Assembly: GCF_036378875.1 (NCBI RefSeq)
Contig: NZ_DASUVO010000140.1
Span: 30,864-94,863 of the forward strand
Length of the DNA: 64,000 bases
Direction: 5' to 3'
Origin: Actinophytocola sp.
Lineage (GTDB): Bacteria > Actinomycetota > Actinomycetes > Mycobacteriales > Pseudonocardiaceae
Positions 48,609-57,217 of the stretch are shown piece by piece; within the stretch, counting starts at the first letter, position 1, and each line of letters opens with the position of its first letter. The notes beneath the pieces are model-generated. The model saw only the letters and a program-made list of their open reading frames with translations. It ran no database searches and had not been told where the DNA came from. The translations under genes and the position numbers were made by a program.

Positions 48609-49490
48609 TTACGGTGCCGGTGGTCGCCGTGCCGCGCGGTCCTCCGGTAGCGGGATGCCCGCCTGCCACTCCAGTTCGCGGAGCTGCTCGTCCACCGCGA
48701 ACCGCTGCGCTTCGTTCGTCGCGGACTCGAAGGCCTGCAGCAGGAGTACGTAGCCCTTCGCGGTCGCGGCGCGTCGTGTCGACGTGCTGCCGGGTTCGGT
48801 GAGGCGCAGCACCCGGTCGGCCAGCCGGTTGAGCCGGGCGTTCGTCCTGGCCCGCCAGTCGCGCCTGCGCCGCAGGACATACTCCGCCAGCGACCACACC
48901 TCGCGGACCAGGAAGGCGACGACCACCAGGAGGACCACACCCATCGCCGCCGACATGACCAGCACGATCTTCTCGACCGCGCCGTCGTTCGCGGGGCGTG
49001 GCGGGCCGCGGGCCGGTGGCGGTGTGCCGGGGAACGTCTCCGCCACGTGGGCGTCGAACGCACGCACGTACTCCTCGACGTGGACGGTCCAGTCATGGTC
49101 CGTGTCGAGGAGCGTCACGGCCTCCCGCGCCGTGGCGGTCAGGTTCCTTTCGTAGTAAGGGGATCCACCGTCGCAGGTCTTGATCGGCATTCTTGGGACG
49201 TCGTTCACCCAGAGCACGATCACGCCTGGCAGGATGTCCGCGAAATCGGCACACATGCCGGTGCGCTCACCCACGATCACCGCGATCGGGCGGTCACCGA
49301 TGATCCGCCGTGCCCGCTCGGCGTCGAAGATCCGCTCCGCGCCCGGTGCGACGTGGACCGACGTGTAGCGGAGTTCGTCGGGCAGCGCGGTCAGCTCGGC
49401 GGACTTGCGTGTCTCCGTCAGCACCACCCAGGTCGCTGACACCAGGATGATCAGCACGATCACCCAACCGTGCGGACGGCGCCAGGTCAC
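48609..49490 (-). CDS. Hypothetical membrane protein (two TM segments, basic cytoplasmic tail)
   Basis: N-terminal TM, extracellular region, second TM followed by RRRRDWRAR; GTGA overlap with the upstream gene. Confidence 0.65.
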   Translation of the reverse strand: MTWRRPHGWVIVLIILVSATWVVLTETRKSAELTALPDELRYTSVHVAPGAERIFDAERARRIIGDRPIAVIVGERTGMCADFADILPGVIVLWVNDVPRMPIKTCDGGSPYYERNLTATAREAVTLLDTDHDWTVHVEEYVRAFDAHVAETFPGTPPPARGPPRPANDGAVEKIVLVMSAAMGVVLLVVVAFLVREVWSLAEYVLRRRRDWRARTNARLNRLADRVLRLTEPGSTSTRRAATAKGYVLLLQAFESATNEAQRFAVDEQLRELEWQAGIPLPEDRAARRPPAP

Positions 49491-50560
49491 CGGTCCTCCT
49501 CACGGTCGCCCGCCACCACGAGCCCTTCCTCGGCGACCTCCCGCACCGCGGCCATCGCCTCGGGCGTGAGGGCCTGGTCGAAGAGCGCGCGTGCGGTGGC
49601 GTACCGCTCGGCGGCGGCCGGGACGTCGGCCTGGTCCTCGGCCAGCCTGGTGCCCAGCTCCTCGATCGACAGGTATGCCCTGGCCCGCGCCTCCCGCAGC
49701 CCTTCCCTGGTCTCGCGCCTGCGCAGCGCCCACCGCAGGTACAGGACGAGCAACATCGCCACGACCGTGGCAGCCGCCGCGACCAGCGTGACGACGATCG
49801 CGGAGCCGGCCAGGTCGACCTTCTCCGGCCGCGGCAGGTCGTACACCGGCCGAGCGGGCGGTTCGGTCATCCGGTCCAGGACGGCGGTCACCACGTCCGT
49901 CGAGCGACCGCGGTTGAGGAGGACCGGGCCGTAGGCGGCGTTCCGCGCGTGTTCGGCCCGATCGGCGCCGGGGCCGGCGAACTCGAGCCAGGCCCCGTGC
50001 GCGACGACGACCAGCTCGCCGGGGAAGCGAGCCGCCAGCCTGCCCGCGTAGTCGACGTACACCGGCCCCATCGGGACCCGCGCCAGGCGAACGCCGTCGC
50101 GGGGTTGGCTCACGGTCAACTGGTCGAGCTGCGCGTCCGTGGCGGGCACGGTCGCCGGTGACGCCTGTTCGCCGAGCACGACGCCGGTGACGTCACCGTA
50201 GGCGAGGACCTGCCGCAGAACCCGCTCGTCGGCCGTCGCGAGTGGCCGCTCGCTTTCGGTGCCCTCGTACCGCTCGATCCACAGCCCTTCGACAACCGTG
50301 AGCGCGACTCCGGTGTCGCCGGCCCACTTCAGGAGGGCGACCAACCCCGGCGGCAGACCGGACTGGGGAGCGAGCAGCACCCTCTCGTCGTCGGGCACCC
50401 TGGCCACATCGACGGTGGTGACCGCACCGGGCAGCCGCACGACCCGGTTCTGGGAGAGCTGGTCGATCAGCTGCTGTGGATCCGGCGGTTGGGCGGTGGC
50501 CGGTGAGCCGGACAGCAGCAGGCACACGGCCGCCGCGAGCACCGCTCCCACCGTTCGCAT
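49487..50560 (-). CDS. Hypothetical secreted, C-terminally anchored protein
   Basis: Signal peptide MRTVGAVLAAAVCLLLSGSPATA; TM IVVTLVAAAATVVAMLLVLYL followed by RWALRRRE. Confidence 0.7.
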   Translation of the reverse strand: MRTVGAVLAAAVCLLLSGSPATAQPPDPQQLIDQLSQNRVVRLPGAVTTVDVARVPDDERVLLAPQSGLPPGLVALLKWAGDTGVALTVVEGLWIERYEGTESERPLATADERVLRQVLAYGDVTGVVLGEQASPATVPATDAQLDQLTVSQPRDGVRLARVPMGPVYVDYAGRLAARFPGELVVVAHGAWLEFAGPGADRAEHARNAAYGPVLLNRGRSTDVVTAVLDRMTEPPARPVYDLPRPEKVDLAGSAIVVTLVAAAATVVAMLLVLYLRWALRRRETREGLREARARAYLSIEELGTRLAEDQADVPAAAERYATARALFDQALTPEAMAAVREVAEEGLVVAGDREEDR

Positions 50561-50788
50561 GGCGGGCAGCTTCGCACGCAAGTGCCTGCCCTGTCTGGCA
50601 AACGGCCGCTCCCGTACGACCGGAAAGTTCCGTTCCGGAGGACTCCGCCCCAACCTGAACATTCTAGGGACACAACGAGATCTCGAAGACGGGACGGGTG
50701 ATCAGCGTCACGGTCGGGCCCCCTATCATGGCGCCGTCTACTCCCCCTCCTCCCCCGAGTTCGTCGCTCTCGAAAGGGCTCAACGACC

Positions 50789-51709
50789 ATGCCCGAGATC
50801 ATCAACACCCTCTTCGGCCGCTCCAAGAACGCCACGACCAGCCCCGGCGAGGAGGTCGAGCCGACCGTGATCGTGACCGTGGATCCGACGGACGACGCCA
50901 CCGCGACCGAGGAGGTCGCCGAGGGCGTCGAGACCGCGCCGAGTGCGGACAACGTCGTTGAGTCCACTGAAGACGAGTCCACCGACAACACACCGGCTGA
51001 CAGCGACTCCGAGAACAGCAGCGACGACGCCGCAGAGTCGGCCGATGTCGACGATCAGGCTGACGACGAGCCCGTCGCGGACGACGCCGCGATCGAGACC
51101 GATGCCGAGGAGTCCGAGCAGCCCGCCACGGACGAAGAAGCCGCCACGGACGACGACATCGCAGAAGACATCGCAGTAGACACTGCCGCCGAGGTCTCCG
51201 ATGAGGACGGCGGTAGCGCGGAGAACGTCGAGCCCGTCGCTGCCGAAGCCGATGACGCGCTGGTCGCTGCCGAGACCGCCGCCGACACCACCGACGTGGA
51301 CGCTGACGACGACACCGACGCTGACGCGGACGACGCCGAAGACGCCGACCAGATTGAGCCCGTCGTCGTGCCCGTCGTCGTGCCCGTCGTCGTGCCGGTC
51401 GCGTCCGAGGCTCGGCCCGCTGCGGGCGCTCGCGGGAGCGTCACCGTGGGCGAGGGGGTCGTCGCGAAGGTCGTGAACATCGTCGTCGGCAAGATCGATG
51501 GCGTGCACAGCATTGACGACGAGGGCATCTCGGTCGCGTTGGACAACGACATCGCCACGGTCAAGGTCTCGTTGGTGGTCGAGTTCGGACACGCGATCAA
51601 GGCGCTGGCCGAGCAGATCCGGGTCGACGTGATCGAGGCCGTCGAGCAGTTCCTCGGCCTCGACGTCGCGGCTGTGGACGTCCACGTCAGCGACATCCAC
51701 GCCGCCTGA
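50789..51709 (+). CDS. Asp23/Gls24 envelope-stress protein with a long acidic low-complexity N-terminus
   Basis: C-terminal RGSVTVGEGVVAKVV...VSLVVEFGHAIKALAEQIR...VDVHVSDIH; about 190 aa D/E/A/T-rich region before it. Confidence 0.85.
   Translation: MPEIINTLFGRSKNATTSPGEEVEPTVIVTVDPTDDATATEEVAEGVETAPSADNVVESTEDESTDNTPADSDSENSSDDAAESADVDDQADDEPVADDAAIETDAEESEQPATDEEAATDDDIAEDIAVDTAAEVSDEDGGSAENVEPVAAEADDALVAAETAADTTDVDADDDTDADADDAEDADQIEPVVVPVVVPVVVPVASEARPAAGARGSVTVGEGVVAKVVNIVVGKIDGVHSIDDEGISVALDNDIATVKVSLVVEFGHAIKALAEQIRVDVIEAVEQFLGLDVAAVDVHVSDIHAA
51359..51394 (+). repeat. 12-bp tandem repeat x3 (CCCGTCGTCGTG, PVVV)
   Basis: Three exact copies in frame at the junction between the acidic region and the Asp23 domain. 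Confidence 0.9.
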
Positions 51710-51773
51710 GGCGAGCAGCCACGACACTCGGTCCTGGATGCGAGAACGCGGCCAGGACCGAGTGTCAGCCGTT

Positions 51774-52982
51774 CTACCCCTCCGCCAAGAGCGGCCAGAT
51801 CGCGGCCGCCACCGCCAGCAGGCGATCGTCGTCACCGGAGGGAGTGGACAGCAGCACGCTGCCACGCAGACCACCCGGCAGCGCGCCATGCGGCACGGCG
51901 ACCCCCGGCAGACCGAAGTAGCTCAACAACATCGTCGTGCGCAGAGCCCGGCGGTTGGCCGTCGCCATCACGTCCAGGTCCGCCAGCAGCGGAGCAACCG
52001 CCGGCGCCGGGTCACGGACCGTCGGGCACAGCAGGACCGCGCCAGCCAACTCCTCGACCAACCGGTCCCGCAACCCCGCCTGCGCGGCACGCACCACCGG
52101 CTCACCGGCCGCGTTGAAGTCGGCCAACCGACGCAGCACCAAGGGATCCACATCGCTCGGCCCGGCCAAGAAGTGGCCATGCCGCGCATACGCCTCGGCG
52201 ACGGCCAGCGTGCCGTGCCGGTCCATCAGCTCCTGCGCTTCGCCCAACGACGGCAGCGGGCGGTGGTCGATCCGCACACCGGACCGCGCCAACGCGGCCA
52301 GCGTGTCCTCGAACGCGGTCCGGACGGCCGGGTCGCAGTCGTCCAGCAGCTCGCCGGTCGGGACCACACACCGGAACTCCGTCTCATGCGACTCGACCGG
52401 CGCGCCACGCAGCCACGCGTCGGCACGCACCGCGGCCGCGACGTCATGCGTGAACACACCGATCGTGTCGAGACTCGGCGCGAGCGGCTGCATGCCGGTG
52501 CGGTCGTAGCGATCGATGCTCGCCTTGTACCCCACCAACCCGCAGAACGCCGCCGGCACACGCACCGAACCGGAGGTGTCCGTGCCGACCGCCAGGTCCA
52601 CGATCCCGTCCGCCACCGCCACGGCCGACCCGGACGACGAGCCGCCCGGCACCCGGTCCGGCGCCAGCGGGTTGACCGGATTGCCGAAGTGCGGGTTCAA
52701 CCCCAGCCCCGAGAAAGCGAACTCGCTCTGGTTCGTCTTCCCGACACACACCGCGCCGCGGGCTGCCAGGTTCCGCACGATCGGCGCGTCCTCCGTTGCC
52801 ACCGGCACGTCGCGACGAGTCGCGGAACCGTTGGTGGTGCGTGTGCCGGCGACGTCGAACAGGTCCTTCCACGCGACCAGCGGGCCCGGTCCTTCCCGGC
52901 GCGCTCGCTCCGCCGTGACCGTGATGAACGCGGCCGACTCCCGCGCCCTGCGCAATGCCTCCTCGATCCGGTCAGACATCAT
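51774..52982 (-). CDS. Amidase-signature family amidase (short N-terminus)
   Basis: AWKDLFD (Lys), PGGSSSGS (cis-Ser) and GTDTSGSVRVPA (Ser nucleophile). Confidence 0.9.
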   Translation of the reverse strand: MMSDRIEEALRRARESAAFITVTAERARREGPGPLVAWKDLFDVAGTRTTNGSATRRDVPVATEDAPIVRNLAARGAVCVGKTNQSEFAFSGLGLNPHFGNPVNPLAPDRVPGGSSSGSAVAVADGIVDLAVGTDTSGSVRVPAAFCGLVGYKASIDRYDRTGMQPLAPSLDTIGVFTHDVAAAVRADAWLRGAPVESHETEFRCVVPTGELLDDCDPAVRTAFEDTLAALARSGVRIDHRPLPSLGEAQELMDRHGTLAVAEAYARHGHFLAGPSDVDPLVLRRLADFNAAGEPVVRAAQAGLRDRLVEELAGAVLLCPTVRDPAPAVAPLLADLDVMATANRRALRTTMLLSYFGLPGVAVPHGALPGGLRGSVLLSTPSGDDDRLLAVAAAIWPLLAEG

Positions 52983-53090
52983 CCACCCCCACGTCCACGT
53001 CCACGTCAGCGTGCCGGCAGTGTGACCGACAGGCGGCGGCGGTACGCGTCCAGGACCACCGCGACGCAGGGTGTTCGCCGACCCAGATGA

Positions 53091-54257
53091 CTATCGGAGA
53101 ATGAGCGGGAGCGACTGCAGACCGGTGAAGTCCGGCGAGGGCTGGGAGACCGGCGGTCGTTCCGGGTCGGTGCGCAGGTCAGGGTAGCGGTCGTACAGGA
53201 TGTTCAGCGCGACCCGGCCCTCCAGCCGGCTCACCGACGTGCCAAGGCAGAAGTGCACACCGAGCCCCCAGGACAGGTGCAGGTTGATGTCGCGGTTCGG
53301 GTCGAACTCGTGTGGGTTCGGGAAGATGCGTTCCTCACGGTTGGCCGCGCCGATCCACACCGAGACGAGCCGGTCGCGCGGGATCGCGTGCCCGCTGACT
53401 TCCGTGTCGACCATGGTCGCCCGGATGATGCGCTGGAACGGCGGGTACATCCGCAGCGACTCCTCGAGCGCTCCCGGCAGCAGTGTCCGGTCGTCGAGGA
53501 TCCGCTTGGCCTGCACGGGGTTGATGTCCAGCGCCAGCACGGTGTTGGCGAGCATCGACGCGGTGGTGACGTGCCCGGCGATCAGCATCAGGTTGGCGAA
53601 GTTGACGACCTGGGCGTCGGTGAGCCGCTCGCCGTCCACCTCCGCCTGGACCAGGGCAGTGAGCATGTCGTCGCGCGGGGAGCGCCGACGGTCGGTGGTG
53701 TGTTCGAGTAGGTAGGCACGCAACTGCTTGATGTCGGCGACGCGCTGCTCCATCGCGGCCGCCACGTCCTCCAGCGCGTCCTTGTCGCTGTTGAGGTGCT
53801 TGGTCATCAGCTGCTTGAACCAGACCCGGTCGGACCCGGGAACGCCGAGCATCTCGGCGATCACGATCACCGGCAGCGGGTAGGCGAGCGACTCCACCAG
53901 ATCCATCCGGTCCCCGTCGCCGGCCTCGTCCAGCAGCTCGTGGGTCAGCGCGGCGACGCGCGGCTCCAGGTCGGCGACCATCCTCGGCGTGAACCCGCGG
54001 TTGACGATCTTGCGCAGCTGGGTGTGCTCGGGTGGATCGAGCCGCACCATGTTCCCGTCGGTCAGTTCCGTCGCGAACTTGAACTTGCTCGGCATCAGCC
54101 GCTGGGAGTTGCTGGAGAAGGTCGCGGGATCCAGCATGATCTTCTGCGCGTCGTCGTATCCGTACACGTGGTGGATTCGCGTGTCCTCGTCGAACCGGAC
54201 CTTCGCGGGCGGCAGCTCCCCGCGCATCCAGACGTGCTGCTCATGCGTGTCGAACAC
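53091..54257 (-). CDS. Cytochrome P450, EryK/CYP113-like macrocycle-tailoring type
   Basis: LDPPEHTQLRK, AYPLPVIVIAEMLG, IAGHVTT, EESLR and WGLGVHFCLG heme motif. Confidence 0.9.
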   Translation of the reverse strand: MFDTHEQHVWMRGELPPAKVRFDEDTRIHHVYGYDDAQKIMLDPATFSSNSQRLMPSKFKFATELTDGNMVRLDPPEHTQLRKIVNRGFTPRMVADLEPRVAALTHELLDEAGDGDRMDLVESLAYPLPVIVIAEMLGVPGSDRVWFKQLMTKHLNSDKDALEDVAAAMEQRVADIKQLRAYLLEHTTDRRRSPRDDMLTALVQAEVDGERLTDAQVVNFANLMLIAGHVTTASMLANTVLALDINPVQAKRILDDRTLLPGALEESLRMYPPFQRIIRATMVDTEVSGHAIPRDRLVSVWIGAANREERIFPNPHEFDPNRDINLHLSWGLGVHFCLGTSVSRLEGRVALNILYDRYPDLRTDPERPPVSQPSPDFTGLQSLPLILR

Positions 54258-54370
54258 GGGACTCCCTCGGTTTCCGCGACGTCCTTGCCCGGACAGACAG
54301 GAAGTTACCGGCGCCGGACATGACAGGGCATCACCAAAGCTTGTCGTTCTGTCTCCGGTGCCGGCCGGGA

Positions 54371-54388
54371 CTACCCGCGTTGGGGATG
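54371..54388 (+). promoter_or_regulatory. RifZ-type (LAL/LuxR) binding site, exact CTACC-N8-GGATG
   Basis: CTACC CGCGTTGG GGATG in the divergent P450/acyltransferase intergenic region. Confidence 0.75.
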
Positions 54389-54459
54389 GCCTCGGCGAAC
54401 GGCGTGGGCAAGCCTGCTAACGACGGTGCGAGAACCAGAACCCTGACTGGAGGCAATTC

Positions 54460-55677
54460 GTGACGACAGTTGGAGTTTGGCGTGCGCTGTCACCAACCGA
54501 GAAGATCCAGGCCGGGCGAGAGTCCTACATCGGGTTCTCGGTGCGCGCCGCAGGCCGACTGGATCTTGGTGCCCTGACGACTGCCTACGAGGCCGTGTGT
54601 CGCGCCTATCCGCAGTTCGCGGCCCGGCTGGAAGCCGGCGACGACGGACCTGTTTTCACGGCGTCCGACGCCTTGCCGGACGTCCGTGTCCACGACGGAG
54701 ACCCCGAACGCCCGTTGTCCGGTGTGGACGTGGCTCAGCACCGGGCGTTGAGCGCGCTCAACGTCGTACGCGACGGCGACGACGTGAGTGTGTGTCTGGT
54801 AACCCATCACGGCATCGCCGACGCCGACCACGCCATCGCTGTGTTCGCCGCACTGTGGTCCTGCTACACCGATGTCGTGGCCGGCCTGCCCGTGGACCTG
54901 CCCAGTCATCCGTTTCCCAGGTCGTTGGAGGACCTGCTGGCCGAGCGCGGCATCCATGGTTCTGCCCCCACCGAAGCGGGTGTGGCGGTCCAACCGGTAT
55001 CCGAACAGCCCGCGGTCGTCCGGCACGTGGTCCAACATCGCCTGACGGTGGCGGAGACGACGGCACTGGCGGAACTCGGCCACCGTGAGCACGTGACGAT
55101 CAACGGCTTGTTGTCGGGCGCCATACTTCTCGCCGAGGCCGAGATTCGCGGGCTGCCGGTGACCGACCTGGTGTACCGGTTCACGGTGAACCTCCGCGGT
55201 CATCTCACTCCGCGGGTCGGTCCGACCGAGGGTACGAACGTGCTCGGCGGCGCGGGTTTCCAGGCCACCAACGGAATGGAACCCACCGCGGTGTCGATCG
55301 GTCGCGCGGTCGGTGAGCAGCTACGCGCGGGGCTGGCCGACGGTTCCATCCAGCGCAGCCTCCTCGACCTCGTCGCGCAGTCGAGGCCCGGCGCGAAACC
55401 GTGGGATCCGAGCAAGGCCCCCGCCATTGTCAGCATGATGAACTGGGGACCGATACCACCCATGCGCACACCGGAAGGTCTACTGTTGACCAACTTCCGC
55501 TCCGCCTCCCGCATCAGGGAGACCTCGGCCATGGGTGGCTACGTGGTGAGCACCTTCGACGGACGCACAGGTATCGATCTCACGTGGCCCGTCGACGATC
55601 CGGAACTGCCGAGGCGCCTCGACTGCCTGCGTGAACAGTTGGGCCGTTTGCGGTTGACCGACAAGCTTAACGGCTGA
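54460..55677 (+). CDS. PapA5-type acyltransferase resembling rifamycin C-25 O-acetyltransferase Rif-Orf20
   Basis: RALSPTE...LTTAYEAVCRAYPQFAARL N-terminus, HHGIADA (HHxxxDG-like) catalytic motif and FTVNLRGHL. Confidence 0.8.
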   Translation: MTTVGVWRALSPTEKIQAGRESYIGFSVRAAGRLDLGALTTAYEAVCRAYPQFAARLEAGDDGPVFTASDALPDVRVHDGDPERPLSGVDVAQHRALSALNVVRDGDDVSVCLVTHHGIADADHAIAVFAALWSCYTDVVAGLPVDLPSHPFPRSLEDLLAERGIHGSAPTEAGVAVQPVSEQPAVVRHVVQHRLTVAETTALAELGHREHVTINGLLSGAILLAEAEIRGLPVTDLVYRFTVNLRGHLTPRVGPTEGTNVLGGAGFQATNGMEPTAVSIGRAVGEQLRAGLADGSIQRSLLDLVAQSRPGAKPWDPSKAPAIVSMMNWGPIPPMRTPEGLLLTNFRSASRIRETSAMGGYVVSTFDGRTGIDLTWPVDDPELPRRLDCLREQLGRLRLTDKLNG

Positions 55678-55680
55678 GGC

Positions 55681-57111
55681 GTGCCGATGTCCGCCGCCGG
55701 ACTGCTGACCACGACCGACGACGACCTGCTGCACCGGTTCACGGAGTCGGCCAACACACAGGACCGGGTGCTGGTCCCGACGCCCTCGTTCCGCAGCTGG
55801 TTCGCCGAACGCGTGCAGGCCAACAGCTATCGGGTCACGCGAGTTCCGTTCGGCGGGCTGTCCGGCTGGCGGTTCCAACCGGACACCGGGAACCTCGTGC
55901 ACGACAGCGGCCGGTTCTTCACGATCGAAGGACTGTCGGTGAACACCGACCACAGCGAGCGCGCGCACTGGACGCAGCCGATCATCCGGCAGCCGGAGAT
56001 CGGCATCCTCGGCATTCTGGTCAAGGAGTTCAACGGTGTCCTGCACTGCCTGATGCAGGCCAAGATGGAGCCGGGCAACGTCAACCTGACCCAGCTCTCC
56101 CCCACCCTGCAGGCCACCCGCAGCAACTACACCCGGGTACACAAGGGAAAGCCCATTCCGTACCTGGAGTACTTCATGGCACCGTGGCGTGGCCGGGTGC
56201 TGGTCGACGTGCTGCAGTCCGAGCAGGGCGCGTGGTTCCTGCACAAGCGCAACCGCAACATGGTCATCGAGGTCACCGACGACATCCCGGTGCTCGAGGA
56301 CTTCTGCTGGCTGACGCTGGCGCAGCTGCACGAGCTGCTGCACGTCGACAACCTGGTCAACATGGACTCGCGGACGGTGCTGTCCGGCATCCCGTTCGCC
56401 GCGCCGGTCGACCGGCCGTCCATGCTCGACGAGGACTCGTTCCGCGGCGCGCTCCTGCGGTCCCTGGCCGAGCGCAAGGGCGCGCTGCACGAGCTGCCAT
56501 CGTTGCTGAGCTGGTTCACCGAGGCCAAGACCAAGCACAGCCTTGACCAGCAACGGATCCCGCTCAACCAGGTGTCCAGGTGGCACGCCACCGACGAGCA
56601 CATCAGCCGTGACGACGGCAAGTACTTCACGGTGATCGGCGTCGACGTCCGTGCGAGCAACCGCGAGGTGGCGCACTGGACGCAGCCGATGCTGGCGCCG
56701 GTCGGCCAGGGGCTGCTCGCCTTCCTTGCCAAGCGGATCGGTGGCGTGCTGCACGTGCTCGTCCAGGCCCGCACGCAGGCGGGCACGTTCGACGTGATCG
56801 AGATGGCCCCGACCGTGCACTGCACGCCGGAGAACTACGCTGGCGCCGAGCCGCCGCCGTACCTACGAGAGGTGCTGGAGGCCCCACCCGAGGCGATCAA
56901 GCACGACGTCGTGCACTCGGAGGAGGGCGGCCGCTTCCACCACGCGGAGAACCGCTACCTGGTCGTCGAGGTCGGTGACGACTTCCCCGTCGAGGTGCCA
57001 CCGGACTTCATCTGGATGACCGCGCGGCAGGCCACCGATCTGGTGCGGTACAGCAACTACTTCAACGTCGAGGCACGCAGCCTGCTGACGTGCCTGCACA
57101 CCCTGTGGTGA
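55681..57111 (+). CDS. NDP-4-keto-6-deoxyhexose 2,3-dehydratase (EryBVI/OleV/Rif-Orf18 family)
   Basis: LVHDSGRFF, WTQPIIRQPEIGILG, LMQAKMEPGN, QLSPTLQATRSNY, LQSEQGAWFLHKRNRN and HSEEGGRF. Confidence 0.95.
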   Translation: MPMSAAGLLTTTDDDLLHRFTESANTQDRVLVPTPSFRSWFAERVQANSYRVTRVPFGGLSGWRFQPDTGNLVHDSGRFFTIEGLSVNTDHSERAHWTQPIIRQPEIGILGILVKEFNGVLHCLMQAKMEPGNVNLTQLSPTLQATRSNYTRVHKGKPIPYLEYFMAPWRGRVLVDVLQSEQGAWFLHKRNRNMVIEVTDDIPVLEDFCWLTLAQLHELLHVDNLVNMDSRTVLSGIPFAAPVDRPSMLDEDSFRGALLRSLAERKGALHELPSLLSWFTEAKTKHSLDQQRIPLNQVSRWHATDEHISRDDGKYFTVIGVDVRASNREVAHWTQPMLAPVGQGLLAFLAKRIGGVLHVLVQARTQAGTFDVIEMAPTVHCTPENYAGAEPPPYLREVLEAPPEAIKHDVVHSEEGGRFHHAENRYLVVEVGDDFPVEVPPDFIWMTARQATDLVRYSNYFNVEARSLLTCLHTLW

Positions 57112-57161
57112 GCCGGACGCGCGAAGAAGATCGCCGCCGATAGTCTGATGAGGAATCGGTG

Positions 57162-57182
57162 AACCGTTGCCGCACAACGGTT
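57162..57182. promoter_or_regulatory. Perfect inverted repeat AACCGTTG-N5-CAACGGTT upstream of the multicopper oxidase
   Basis: aaccgttg ccgca caacggtt, about 35 bp before the oxidase ATG. Confidence 0.45.
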
Positions 57183-57217
57183 GTACTCCCATGAGAAAAC
57201 GCAGGAGAAAATACCTG

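Noticed and set aside
52989-53008. (CACGTC)x3 microsatellite upstream of the amidase
   Set aside because: Too short to assign a function.
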